DNA from: an uncultured Pelagibacteraceae bacterium
GTDB lineage: Bacteria > Pseudomonadota > Alphaproteobacteria > Pelagibacterales > Pelagibacteraceae
NCBI GenBank assembly: GCA_902603215.1
Contig: CACKTW010000002.1
Coordinates: 13,728 to 77,727, forward strand
Direction of reading: 5' to 3'
Length of the DNA: 64,000 bases
Positions 49,123-58,256 of the stretch are shown here, one piece after another. Each line of letters starts with the position of its first letter. Within the stretch, counting starts at the first letter, position 1. Under the pieces are notes generated by a model. It made no database searches, was not told where the DNA came from, and was given only the letters and a program-made list of their open reading frames with translations. The position numbers were made by a program, and so were the translations under genes.

Positions 49123-49746
49123 ATGAAAATAAAAAAATATAAAAACTCAGAAAAGGGATTTGCCATTGCTTTAGCATTACTCATGCTGCTCGTTATGTCT
49201 TTAATGGGCGCAACCTTAGTTATGGTGGCTGGAAGCGATCATAAAAAAAATGCTATTAAAGATTCTAGTCAACAGACATTTTATGCGGCTGAAACAGGAA
49301 TTACCGAAGCTAAAAAATGGTTATCATCGCAAACGAGTTTGTCTGCAAATAATGATCCAAACCCAAATTTAAAATTTTGTAAAACATCTCTTTTTTCCAA
49401 CTTAAGTTCAGTAAAAGCCATTAATGATTATGTGGGTAGTAAAAGATTAGATGAAATTATTACTGTAAGCGGTGATGAGAAAAAAAGATTAGAAAAATAC
49501 AGTTATGAGTTTTTTATTACTTATACTCCTGATGGAAGTGGTAATACTTCTACTCCAAGAACTAAAACAGTGGCAGGGTCAACGGGATCAAGCGTTGCTG
49601 AAGGAACTGCTTATAAGTCGGGTGGTACAAGTACAGGTACTTATTACACTATATTTTCGTGTGGATGTAATGATGTACGTAATAAATGTAAACAAGGAGA
49701 AGATACTATAGTAAAATTATTAGCTGATCTAGTATTGGTACAATGA
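49123..49746 (+). CDS. PilX-like minor pilin
   Basis: 207 aa. N-terminus ..SEKGFAIALALLMLLVMSLMGATLV (PilX_N-like, no Glu+5), followed by QTFYAAETGI. Confidence 0.45.
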   Translation: MKIKKYKNSEKGFAIALALLMLLVMSLMGATLVMVAGSDHKKNAIKDSSQQTFYAAETGITEAKKWLSSQTSLSANNDPNPNLKFCKTSLFSNLSSVKAINDYVGSKRLDEIITVSGDEKKRLEKYSYEFFITYTPDGSGNTSTPRTKTVAGSTGSSVAEGTAYKSGGTSTGTYYTIFSCGCNDVRNKCKQGEDTIVKLLADLVLVQ

Positions 49747-50270
49747 GAAAAAAAATTACAATAATAGTTTTAAGCCTAGTGATGTTGTTTTTCGCATCAA
49801 CTTCTTACGCTTGTAATTTTCAAATGAGCCAATTTGGCGACCCTAAGGAAAAAATAGTCATTAATCCTGCTCCGCTTTCATTTCCTGATCAATTTGGTGG
49901 AGAAAGCTTGGCTATTCCAATCCAAGCTTTATGTAAAAATGACAACTCGTTATATGGCACGCTGGTGGTTTATCTTTATATAGAAAATAAATTATCACAA
50001 ATACAGCTCTATAGACCCAACATGGAAGATGCAAAACTTATGGATTTTGCCATGAAGAAATACGGCAAATTTAATCTTCCTGAAGGGATGCCAAAACAAA
50101 TGTGGAGAGGTAGTTATAATTGGGAAATTGGTAATGACTACATAGAGTATATTTCAACCAATATTCATGACGGACATGCAGAAGTTATAGAAATTACAAA
50201 CAAACTTTATGCCAATGCAATGGCTGATTACAACGCAAAAGTAGGAGAATGGTTAGACTCACAAAAATAA
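49743..50270 (+). CDS. secreted hypothetical protein in the minor-pilin operon
   Basis: 175-aa ORF with a signal peptide (MRKKITIIVLSLVMLFFASTSYA|C). It overlaps both neighbours. No family recognised. Confidence 0.4.
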   Translation: MRKKITIIVLSLVMLFFASTSYACNFQMSQFGDPKEKIVINPAPLSFPDQFGGESLAIPIQALCKNDNSLYGTLVVYLYIENKLSQIQLYRPNMEDAKLMDFAMKKYGKFNLPEGMPKQMWRGSYNWEIGNDYIEYISTNIHDGHAEVIEITNKLYANAMADYNAKVGEWLDSQK

Positions 50271-53200
50271 TTTTAACTTTTTTAATAGTTATGTTTAGCT
50301 TTCAAGCACAAGCTAAAAATCCGCCTCCAGGTACAGGCACTTCGGATATCCCTGCTAACATTTTAATCATGTTAGATAATTCAGGAAGTATGAGTTCAAA
50401 ACTCTATGCCTCGGTTGAGATTTATCATCCGCTTGATGTAGCAACTGATAGCTCGGGAAATGTTTATGTAATGGAATATTACAATAATAGAATAAAAGTT
50501 TTTGATAGTTCTGGAGCATATTTAAGAAGTTTTGGTGCCTATGGAAATAGCTGCAACAGATGGGCTTATGCAAGACAGTTTGATATTTACAATGATGAAA
50601 TTTATATAGCTGATACTTTCAATAAAAGAATAATAGTATTAGATTTAAATGGAAAATGTAAAAGAAAAGGAACTACTTATTCCGCCTATCCACATGCAAT
50701 AGCTGTAACTAGCCAATATGTTTGGGTTGGAAATCCTAGTAGTGCAATTGAGAAATATAACTCTGCGTTATCGTATGCTGGACGTTATTTAGTGGGACAA
50801 AGTAATGTAAATTATGCTTGGGGAATGTCTGTTAACAGCTCTGAAAACAAATTGCTTGTAGCATCATATAATGGAAATGAAATTTCTGAATTTTCAATAG
50901 TTTCTGGTGCGCTTAGTCATGTAAGAAGTTCAAGCACATCATATTCATCATCAAATGGATATTTTAGAAGACCTCTGGATACAGGATATGATAGCAGTGG
51001 AAATATTTATGCAGTAGACCTTTTTAATAGCAGACTTCAAAAATTTAATTCCAGTATGACTTATCAAGCAAAAGTTGGAAGCTGGTCTTCGTCGTCAGCT
51101 TTTGCGTATCCTTACGGAATGCATGTAGATAGCAGTGATAACATTTATGTAGCGGATCATTATAATTATGCCATTCGAAAATTCGATACCAGTCTAACTG
51201 AAACCGATACCTTTGGGGGTGGCGCAGGCACAAGGCTAGATGCGGCTAAAAAAGTTATTAAAAAAATTGTCTCCAATACGGATCTTACGTCGGGGGCAAA
51301 CTTTGGTCTTATGGAATGGGGAACTCGGCACAATATCAGAGTAAAAATTAGCGATACCGGCGCCAAAACGATTTATAGCAACGTAGATGGAGTTTATGCA
51401 AGTGGAGGAACTGATCTTGCAAGAGCAATGAATATTGCTAGAAATTATTTTACCAGCGGTCAGGTTGCCAATTGGAATTTAAGTTGTTCTGTTAATTATT
51501 TAATTGTCATTAGTGATGGTTATTGGTCTGGACACAGCACTGTTATAAGCATAGCTCAACAAATTAAAAATGCTTACAACATCAAAACATTTGCGGTAGG
51601 TTTTGGACTGAGTGGAGCTAACACAAATTATAGTACATTAGCTACAGCAGGAGGAACTGTTAAGCCTTTATACGCATCCAATCAAACAGAATTATTGGCC
51701 AAATTAACCGATGCTATTAAACAGGCAATCTCTGGAAAATTAACATTTACCACGCCAGCCGTGATGTCAGATGTCACCAAAGGAAGTTATATTTATCAAT
51801 CAACCTTTGAGTATGAAAAGAACAAACAGTGGAAAGGTAGCTTAAAAAAATACAAATTAAATACAAATGGGAGCTTTGGTGCCGTTCAGTGGGATGCTGC
51901 TGACAAACTGAATAGCAAAAGCGCTTCATCAAGAAAAATATGGACAACTGGTATAAGCACAACGGGAACTAATAACTTTACAACAACCGATCGAGATCAT
52001 TTAAAACCATTACTATTTCCAAGCCAATCACCAACAGATACAGAAGTTGATAATTTAATTAATTTTATAAGGGGTGTTGATACTTACGATCAAGACGCCG
52101 ATAGTAATAAAACGGAATCGATCCATAAACTTGCAGATATATATCATTCCGAACTAATTGTAGTAGGAGCGCCAGATTCACTTTCTTCAGCCAATGATGG
52201 ATCAACCAATTATGATAAGAAAGATGCGTATTACAGATCGCAAAATAATTATAATAATTTTAAAAATGGTTCGAGTTGTGGTGGCTCTTGTGCCAATAGA
52301 ACAGAAGTAGTGCTAGCGGGGGCCAATAACGGTATTCTTCATGCCTTTAAAACTTCGGATGGTGAAGAGTTGTGGGGTTATATTCCGCCTAATGTTCTAG
52401 GTAATCTTGAAAAAATCCCATCGAGTAAAGCTAATTCAACAAATCCTATTTATGGTATTGATGGATCGCCTGTGGTTAAAGATATTTATTTTGATGACAC
52501 TCCTGATGACAGCACAAACAATCCAAGGTGGCGAACAGTCTTATTAGGTGGGCTTGGAGCAGGAGGAAAAGGTTTATATGCAATTGATATAACAGATATT
52601 AATAATCCAACTCATCTTTTTGCAATAAATAATGATGAATCAAATAAAGCTATTCAACATTGGGATGTGGATGGCTTAAAATCAGAATTTGGTTATAGGG
52701 GTGGAAGTGGTCTGGATCCTAAATATGATTATAGAAAATTAGGAGAAACGTGGTCAACGCCTAGAATTATTAGAATCAAAGTTAGCGGTAAAGATAAATG
52801 GGTTGCAGTCTTTGGTGGAGGATATAATGGGGCAGTTAATCCAAATTATGGTTCGGCTGTATTTGTCATGGACATAGAAGACGAAGGAAGATTGCTTAAA
52901 GTCATTGATATAGAAGACTCAGCCGCACAATCTTATAGTTGGGGTGGTAATTTGGGCAGTAGAGTGGGTGGTATTTTAACTAACAATAACACAGTATTTG
53001 AAGTTGCCCAATGGAGTCCTGGAATAAGTTATGACTCGTCAAAAGGTGAATCGCTTATAGCAGAATTTAATCCCCCGGTTGGTCATACAATAACATTTTC
53101 TAACAGTGGAAGTGTATCAACAGTAACAAAAGTAACTTTTGATTCTGCTTGGCCATGCCCAAGAAGTGAAAATTGTACAGGAAATGTAAAATTTAGAAGA

Positions 53201-54064
53201 TTCTCAAATGATATAGTTAATTCTTTACCAGCAGATTTAAGCGTGATCACCGCAGATGGTACTGACAAAGCAAATTATGATGGTGCAATTGTTTATGCTA
53301 CTGACCTTGAGGGAAAGTTAACTAAAGTTAATTTAACAGAAAATTTTAGTTTAATTTGTCCTTCTGGAAAAACTTGCAATAAAGATATTGACAAAGTGAT
53401 TAAAAATATATCAACAACTACTTTATTTTCTGCTGAGTCAACATCAGAAAATGGCAGATACATTTATACAAGGCCTGAGGTAACAATAAATAATGATAAT
53501 AATCTTTGGTTATATTTTGGAACAGGTAATACTCAAAAGCTTCATGAGCAATCCAACAAAATTCAAAATAGAGCTTATGGTATTAAAGACAAAGATTTTC
53601 CAAACTTTGTTAAAATACAAACAGATGAAGAAGAAAAAAAGTATAAGTATAAAAATACAATTTCTAAATGTAAAACAGCTCCAGCCTGTCCAGGTACTAC
53701 AGACCTGGGATGGTATGATAATTTACCGAGAGCACAAAAACTTACCGCCGAACCTACGGTTGATAAAGATAGGGTATATTTTCCAATTTATGAACCGACA
53801 ACATCTACAAATGCCTGCAACACAGGAAAAGCAATATTAACGGCTTACGATACAAAATGTGGAAACTCTGTATTAAATGTTCATTTAGGTACTGGGGTTT
53901 TATCTAAAGTAGTTGTTCAAGGGGATAATCTTTATATCGGTATAGCAGGTGAAGCTGATAAAAACATATCAGGCTTTACGTCAACAGGTAATTTGATCAC
54001 AGGAAAATCTAAAGCCAAAGGCAGTGGTGGAAAAGTCCAATTGGAGGGTTGGAGAGAAAATTAA
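50249..54064 (+). CDS. pilY1: PilY1-like pilus tip adhesin with a vWA domain interrupted by NHL repeats
   Basis: 1271-aa ORF with a signal peptide and MIDAS residues DNSGS (aa 43-47), T388 and D423. NHL-type repeats span aa ~55-322 (e.g. SSGNVYVMEYYNNRIKVFDSSG, SSGNIYAVDLFNSRLQKFNSS, SSDNIYVADHYNYAIRKFDTS). The C-terminal PilY1 propeller has the hallmarks LADIYHSELIVVG and VLAGANNGILHAFKTSDGEELWGYIPP. Confidence 0.8.
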   Translation: MVRLTKIILTFLIVMFSFQAQAKNPPPGTGTSDIPANILIMLDNSGSMSSKLYASVEIYHPLDVATDSSGNVYVMEYYNNRIKVFDSSGAYLRSFGAYGNSCNRWAYARQFDIYNDEIYIADTFNKRIIVLDLNGKCKRKGTTYSAYPHAIAVTSQYVWVGNPSSAIEKYNSALSYAGRYLVGQSNVNYAWGMSVNSSENKLLVASYNGNEISEFSIVSGALSHVRSSSTSYSSSNGYFRRPLDTGYDSSGNIYAVDLFNSRLQKFNSSMTYQAKVGSWSSSSAFAYPYGMHVDSSDNIYVADHYNYAIRKFDTSLTETDTFGGGAGTRLDAAKKVIKKIVSNTDLTSGANFGLMEWGTRHNIRVKISDTGAKTIYSNVDGVYASGGTDLARAMNIARNYFTSGQVANWNLSCSVNYLIVISDGYWSGHSTVISIAQQIKNAYNIKTFAVGFGLSGANTNYSTLATAGGTVKPLYASNQTELLAKLTDAIKQAISGKLTFTTPAVMSDVTKGSYIYQSTFEYEKNKQWKGSLKKYKLNTNGSFGAVQWDAADKLNSKSASSRKIWTTGISTTGTNNFTTTDRDHLKPLLFPSQSPTDTEVDNLINFIRGVDTYDQDADSNKTESIHKLADIYHSELIVVGAPDSLSSANDGSTNYDKKDAYYRSQNNYNNFKNGSSCGGSCANRTEVVLAGANNGILHAFKTSDGEELWGYIPPNVLGNLEKIPSSKANSTNPIYGIDGSPVVKDIYFDDTPDDSTNNPRWRTVLLGGLGAGGKGLYAIDITDINNPTHLFAINNDESNKAIQHWDVDGLKSEFGYRGGSGLDPKYDYRKLGETWSTPRIIRIKVSGKDKWVAVFGGGYNGAVNPNYGSAVFVMDIEDEGRLLKVIDIEDSAAQSYSWGGNLGSRVGGILTNNNTVFEVAQWSPGISYDSSKGESLIAEFNPPVGHTITFSNSGSVSTVTKVTFDSAWPCPRSENCTGNVKFRRFSNDIVNSLPADLSVITADGTDKANYDGAIVYATDLEGKLTKVNLTENFSLICPSGKTCNKDIDKVIKNISTTTLFSAESTSENGRYIYTRPEVTINNDNNLWLYFGTGNTQKLHEQSNKIQNRAYGIKDKDFPNFVKIQTDEEEKKYKYKNTISKCKTAPACPGTTDLGWYDNLPRAQKLTAEPTVDKDRVYFPIYEPTTSTNACNTGKAILTAYDTKCGNSVLNVHLGTGVLSKVVVQGDNLYIGIAGEADKNISGFTSTGNLITGKSKAKGSGGKVQLEGWREN

Positions 54065-54834
54065 ACTCCTAAAACCATCTGATATAAAATATCTCCATAG
54101 AAGAAATAAATTATTCCAGCCGTTATAATATAAGGCCCAAAAGGGATTTGTGATTTTAAACTTTTTTTCTTTTCTACTAAAGATGGAAGCACCATTAATA
54201 ATCCTAAAATAGCTGAAACAAAAAGAACAAAAGGAACAGACTGCCAACCAAATAATAGACCAATCCCAGCCATAAGTTTAGCATCACCTAAGCCCATACC
54301 TTCCATTTTTTTTAATGTTTTATAAAGATAAATAATAATCCAAATTGATAAATATCCAATAATTCCTCCAATAATTGAATGCATGGTTATTTGAGTAAAG
54401 GATAAATCTAAATCAGATAAAAAGTTTTTTGATAAAGCTAATATCATTATTCCAAAATTTAATGTGTCAGGAATAATAAAATGCTTAAGATCAATGAAAA
54501 ATATAATTACGTACATCAATAATAATACTGATAGTAATATTGATGCTAAATGGTTGTGGTAATTAAGAAAGATTAGTAAAAAACCAAATCCCATTATGAG
54601 TTCCACAATTAGGTATTGTGGGGAAATTTTCTTTTTACATGATCTACATTTTCCATTTAATAAGAAATAAGAAAGAACAGGAATATTATCAAACCATTTA
54701 ATTTTTTTTTTGCATTTAGGACAATACGAACGTCCTGCTAATGTTTGTTTGCTTTTAGGTAAACGATAAATACATACATTAGCAAAACTGCCAAAGCATA
54801 AACCTATTAAAAAAATAAAAATTGAATTGATCAA
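54061..54834 (-). CDS. pilD: prepilin peptidase / N-methyltransferase (A24 family)
   Basis: 257-aa ORF with GSFANVCIYRLP, CPKCKKKI..CRSCKKKI zinc-type cysteines and the catalytic-Asp motif GMGLGDAKLMAGIG. The start codon at 54832-54834 is TTG. The stop overlaps the pilY1 stop within TTAA. Confidence 0.9.
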   Translation of the reverse strand: MINSIFIFLIGLCFGSFANVCIYRLPKSKQTLAGRSYCPKCKKKIKWFDNIPVLSYFLLNGKCRSCKKKISPQYLIVELIMGFGFLLIFLNYHNHLASILLSVLLLMYVIIFFIDLKHFIIPDTLNFGIMILALSKNFLSDLDLSFTQITMHSIIGGIIGYLSIWIIIYLYKTLKKMEGMGLGDAKLMAGIGLLFGWQSVPFVLFVSAILGLLMVLPSLVEKKKSLKSQIPFGPYIITAGIIYFFYGDILYQMVLGV

Positions 54835-55004
54835 AATTAAATATTGATTAAAGCTGTTAAACTTAAAATGCTTTCATAGCAGTAATGGATAAATAAGACA
54901 CTTTTTTCATAAACAACTTCAAGATCAGGAGTATAAATAATAACTTTCATAAAAGTATTGTAATCTAAAAAATATGTTCAATATTTGGCAAACAATTCAT
55001 AAGA

Positions 55005-55223
55005 TTATTTGCTATTAAATAAGCTTTTAATACAAGTAATAAACTTAGCAAATTCAGTGGGTTTCCATATAGACAAAAAAATATAGGGAGCTAATGCTGG
55101 CACAAGTCCAAACCAAACCCACTCATCCCACTGAAATGTTTGGGGTTTATTAAACCAAGTTAAGTAACCAACCAAAATAATCCATAAAAAAGATAAAGTT
55201 AATAATATTTTTCCCTTTAGCAT
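55005..55223 (-). CDS. small membrane protein (hypothetical)
   Basis: 72-aa ORF with two hydrophobic, Trp-rich helices. No family assigned. Confidence 0.35.
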   Translation of the reverse strand: MLKGKILLTLSFLWIILVGYLTWFNKPQTFQWDEWVWFGLVPALAPYIFLSIWKPTEFAKFITCIKSLFNSK

Positions 55224-55415
55224 AATATTATCAAGATATATTTTTTTTTAATCACCGTCAAAGTGAAAGCTTTATTTTGATTAATATGTTATGAGAAAAT
55301 AGAAAAAAATATGTTTAAATGGTTATTAAATGCACCCTTAGAAAAAGCTGTAATTTATTTTTTAGTAATTGTTTTTTTTATTTTGTTAATTTTAACTTTT
55401 ATACTATAAAAAAAT

Positions 55416-55835
55416 ATGTCTAATAAATTCGAACAAATTAGCAAGAATCCTGGTTTTATGAAACACAATGGAGGGATTCTATTTAGAAATATTTCTGAAA
55501 CCGAATATGAGTTCAAAACAACCATTAAACAAAATCATCTTAATGCTGCAGGAATAACGCATGGTGGATTTATTGCTGCACTAACTGATGCGGGAGCTGG
55601 AACAGCTGCGCATAGATCTGCTGATAATGCACCTTGTGTAACAATTTCATTAGATTTAAAATTTATTTCAGCAGTTAAATTAGACCAAGAATTAATTGGA
55701 ATTGCAAAAATACAAAAAAAAACTAAATCAATGATTTTTTTAACTTGTGAGTTAATGGCTGAAAATAAAATTGTTGCTACAGCTTCGGGTGTTTGGAAAA
55801 TATTAAGGTTACCTAGTGCAGGACCAGGTGGTTAA
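55416..55835 (+). CDS. PaaI-family hotdog-fold thioesterase
   Basis: 139-aa ORF with the motif LNAAGITHGGFIAALTDAGAGTAA typical of PaaI/YbgC-like thioesterases. Confidence 0.7.
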   Translation: MSNKFEQISKNPGFMKHNGGILFRNISETEYEFKTTIKQNHLNAAGITHGGFIAALTDAGAGTAAHRSADNAPCVTISLDLKFISAVKLDQELIGIAKIQKKTKSMIFLTCELMAENKIVATASGVWKILRLPSAGPGG

Positions 55836-55836
55836 A

Positions 55837-58197
55837 TTATATATTAGATTTTCTTTTATAATTTAAAAAACCAAAAATAAATAATAATACTAGTGCAAAA
55901 GGATAGACTATCCTTTTATTTGGCCTATCTAAATTTTCAGTTTTAAATTCAGTAATAACGTCTCCAGTTTCAATTCCTGACTTTTTAGCGAGTCCATTCC
56001 ATGTAAGTGTATCCACTGTAATTCTGCCTTCTTGATCAACAAAATTTACGCCGTAGTCTTTCAAAGAATACTCTTGATCAAAAGTACCTTTTTTAATTAC
56101 AAAAAGCTTATACCTGTCACCATATTCTGTTCTTCTAGTAACTTTCATATGAACATCATAATTTGATTTTAACGTTTTTGTTTCTAAATTGTTCAGTTCT
56201 ATTTGAGAATGTTCATATTTTGGATAAAACTTATCCATTATGTAATCAGGTCTAAATAACGACATTGATATTAGAATAAATATTAATATCTCATGCCATT
56301 TCATTTTGTTTATAAACCAGCCTTGAGTTGCAGCTGTAAAAACAAGTATTGCTATTAAAGATGTTGTAATTACTATTAAAGCATGCCAAATGCTTTCAAT
56401 TCCTATAAGCAAAAGTTCATTATTAAAAATAAAAACTATTGGTAAAATTCCAGTTCTTAAACTATACCAAAAAGCTTGAATACCTGTTTTAATTGGATCA
56501 GCTCTAGAAATTGCTGCGGCAGCATAAGATGCTAGGCCAACAGGAGGTGTAACATCTGCCATCAATCCATAATAAAAAACATAAAGATGAATTGCTATTA
56601 ATGGAAAAATATATCCAGAAGCACTTCCAACTTCTACTACAACATGAGCCATTAAAGCTGCAACAACTAAATAATTAGCTGTTGTTGGTAAACCCATTCC
56701 TAAAATAACGCAAAGAATAGCTGTTAATCCTAATAATATAATTACATTACCGCCTGAAATTGCCTCAACAATAATAATAAGATTATTGCTTAACCCTGTT
56801 GAAGCTACAGCTCCAACAATAATACCAGCTGTAGCAATTGCTATTGCAACGCTAACCATATTAATTGCGCCTTTTTCAAGTCCCCCAATAACTTTATTTA
56901 TTCCTTTAAAAAATCCATTTAAATAATTTAAACCACTTTTTTTTGAGTTAAGAGTTTCTTTAATCAATATAATTAGAATTAAAGATAATATTGAATAAAA
57001 AACTGCGGACGCAGCTGTCCATCTTTCAACTAGCAAAAGGTAAATTAAAATAAATATTGGAATTAAATAATGGATTCCTCCCAAAAAAGTTTTTCCAAGT
57101 GGAGGGATTTGATCTTCTGGCAACCCTTTAATATTAAGTTTAATAGACTCAAGATGTGAAATATAAAACAAAGCAATATAAGAAATAACGGCTGGCAAAA
57201 AAGCATGTGTAATAACTGTAAAATAAGAAATTCCAAGCAGTTCCGCCATTACGAATGCCGCTGCGCCCATGATAGGTGGCATTATTTGTCCATTTACTGA
57301 AGCAGCAACCTCAACAGCGCCAGCTTTAACAGCTGGTAATCCAGTTTTTTTCATTATTGGAATAGTAAAAGTTCCAGTTGTGACTGTATTTGCAACAGAA
57401 GATCCTGAAATTAAACCTGTCAGTCCCGACGCCAATATAGCAGCTTTGGCTGGACCACCTCTCATTTTTCCAACAAGAGCAAAGGCTAGGTTAAGAAAAT
57501 ACTTTCCTCCTCCTGCTACATCTAAAATTGCTCCAAATAGTACAAATAAAAAAATAAAACTTACAGATACACTTATAGGTATTCCAAAAATTGCTTCTCC
57601 ACCAAACCAATGATAGCCAACTAATCTTTTTATTGATAATCCCTGATGTGAAATTAAATCAGGCATTATTTGGCCAAAGATTGAAAATAATAAAAAGATA
57701 ACCGCTATCGTAACAAGAGGTATCCCTATTGCCCTTCTTGTTCCTTCTAATAATAATAAAATTCCAATAGTTCCAATAATTATTTCATATGGAATGGTTA
57801 AAGATCCAATTTGGATTTTAGCAAGCACACCTTGTCTGTAAACAAGCCCCTCATAATCTACAGCTAAATAAAGAGTTGTAATTAAACCTAAAATAACAAA
57901 TAAAAAATCAATAGTAGAAATTTGTGTTTTTTTTTTTGATTTAAGTGCTGGATAAACTAAAAAACATAGCGTTAAACCAAAAGTTAAATGTACAGCTCTT
58001 GCCGGCACATCAATTAACTTGCCAAAATCTAATATGAAAGGCAAAGGAGATGCATACCAGAGTTGAAATAAAGACCAAGATATTGCGATAAGAGCAATTA
58101 ACTTGAGATTCCAGGTTTTGAGATTTTTTTTAAATCCAACTTCTTCATCAAACTCTTCAATTAAGCTTGGATTTTCATTTTCTTTATTATTGAACAT
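55837..58197 (-). CDS. TRAP transporter fused (DctQ-DctM type) permease, TAXI-associated, with a C-terminal extra domain
   Basis: 786-aa highly hydrophobic ORF with many TM helices. A soluble ~110-aa segment plus a final TM helix lie at the C-terminus. It sits immediately downstream of a TAXI receptor gene. Confidence 0.85.
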   Translation of the reverse strand: MFNNKENENPSLIEEFDEEVGFKKNLKTWNLKLIALIAISWSLFQLWYASPLPFILDFGKLIDVPARAVHLTFGLTLCFLVYPALKSKKKTQISTIDFLFVILGLITTLYLAVDYEGLVYRQGVLAKIQIGSLTIPYEIIIGTIGILLLLEGTRRAIGIPLVTIAVIFLLFSIFGQIMPDLISHQGLSIKRLVGYHWFGGEAIFGIPISVSVSFIFLFVLFGAILDVAGGGKYFLNLAFALVGKMRGGPAKAAILASGLTGLISGSSVANTVTTGTFTIPIMKKTGLPAVKAGAVEVAASVNGQIMPPIMGAAAFVMAELLGISYFTVITHAFLPAVISYIALFYISHLESIKLNIKGLPEDQIPPLGKTFLGGIHYLIPIFILIYLLLVERWTAASAVFYSILSLILIILIKETLNSKKSGLNYLNGFFKGINKVIGGLEKGAINMVSVAIAIATAGIIVGAVASTGLSNNLIIIVEAISGGNVIILLGLTAILCVILGMGLPTTANYLVVAALMAHVVVEVGSASGYIFPLIAIHLYVFYYGLMADVTPPVGLASYAAAAISRADPIKTGIQAFWYSLRTGILPIVFIFNNELLLIGIESIWHALIVITTSLIAILVFTAATQGWFINKMKWHEILIFILISMSLFRPDYIMDKFYPKYEHSQIELNNLETKTLKSNYDVHMKVTRRTEYGDRYKLFVIKKGTFDQEYSLKDYGVNFVDQEGRITVDTLTWNGLAKKSGIETGDVITEFKTENLDRPNKRIVYPFALVLLFIFGFLNYKRKSNI

Positions 58198-58207
58198 TTA
58201 ACAAAGA

Positions 58208-58240
58208 TAAAAAAAAAGGCCCAGTTAATCAACTGGGCCT
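58208..58240 (-). terminator. intra-operon hairpin plus T-tract between the TAXI receptor and permease genes
   Basis: A perfect 10-bp stem (58217-58226 pairs with 58231-58240; AGGCCCAGTT/AACTGGGCCT) has a 4-nt loop. On the minus strand it is followed by about nine T (A-run 58209-58217 on +). Confidence 0.6.
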
Positions 58241-58256
58241 TTAATTTTTTTAAAGC

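Noticed and set aside
49505-49711. 68-aa same-strand, out-of-frame ORF inside the PilX-like gene; likewise 53493-53840 inside pilY1
   Set aside because: These are overlapping alternative frames without independent support.
54837-54950. 37-codon minus-strand micro-ORF (MKVIIYTPDLEVVYEK..) just upstream of pilD, and a 32-codon plus-strand ORF at 55311-55409 (MFKWLLNAPLEKAVIYFLVIVFFILLILTFIL)
   Set aside because: No ribosome-binding site or recognisable family was found. ORFs of this size arise by chance in AT-rich spacers. Flagged only as candidates for ribosome profiling.
32219-55400. Search for an att-type direct repeat of the tRNA-Arg 3' end, or an integrase gene, bounding the pilus locus
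   Set aside because: No repeat of the CTAGCAGGCGCGCCA segment and no integrase or transposase ORF were found by eye. The island hypothesis therefore rests only on position and patchy composition.
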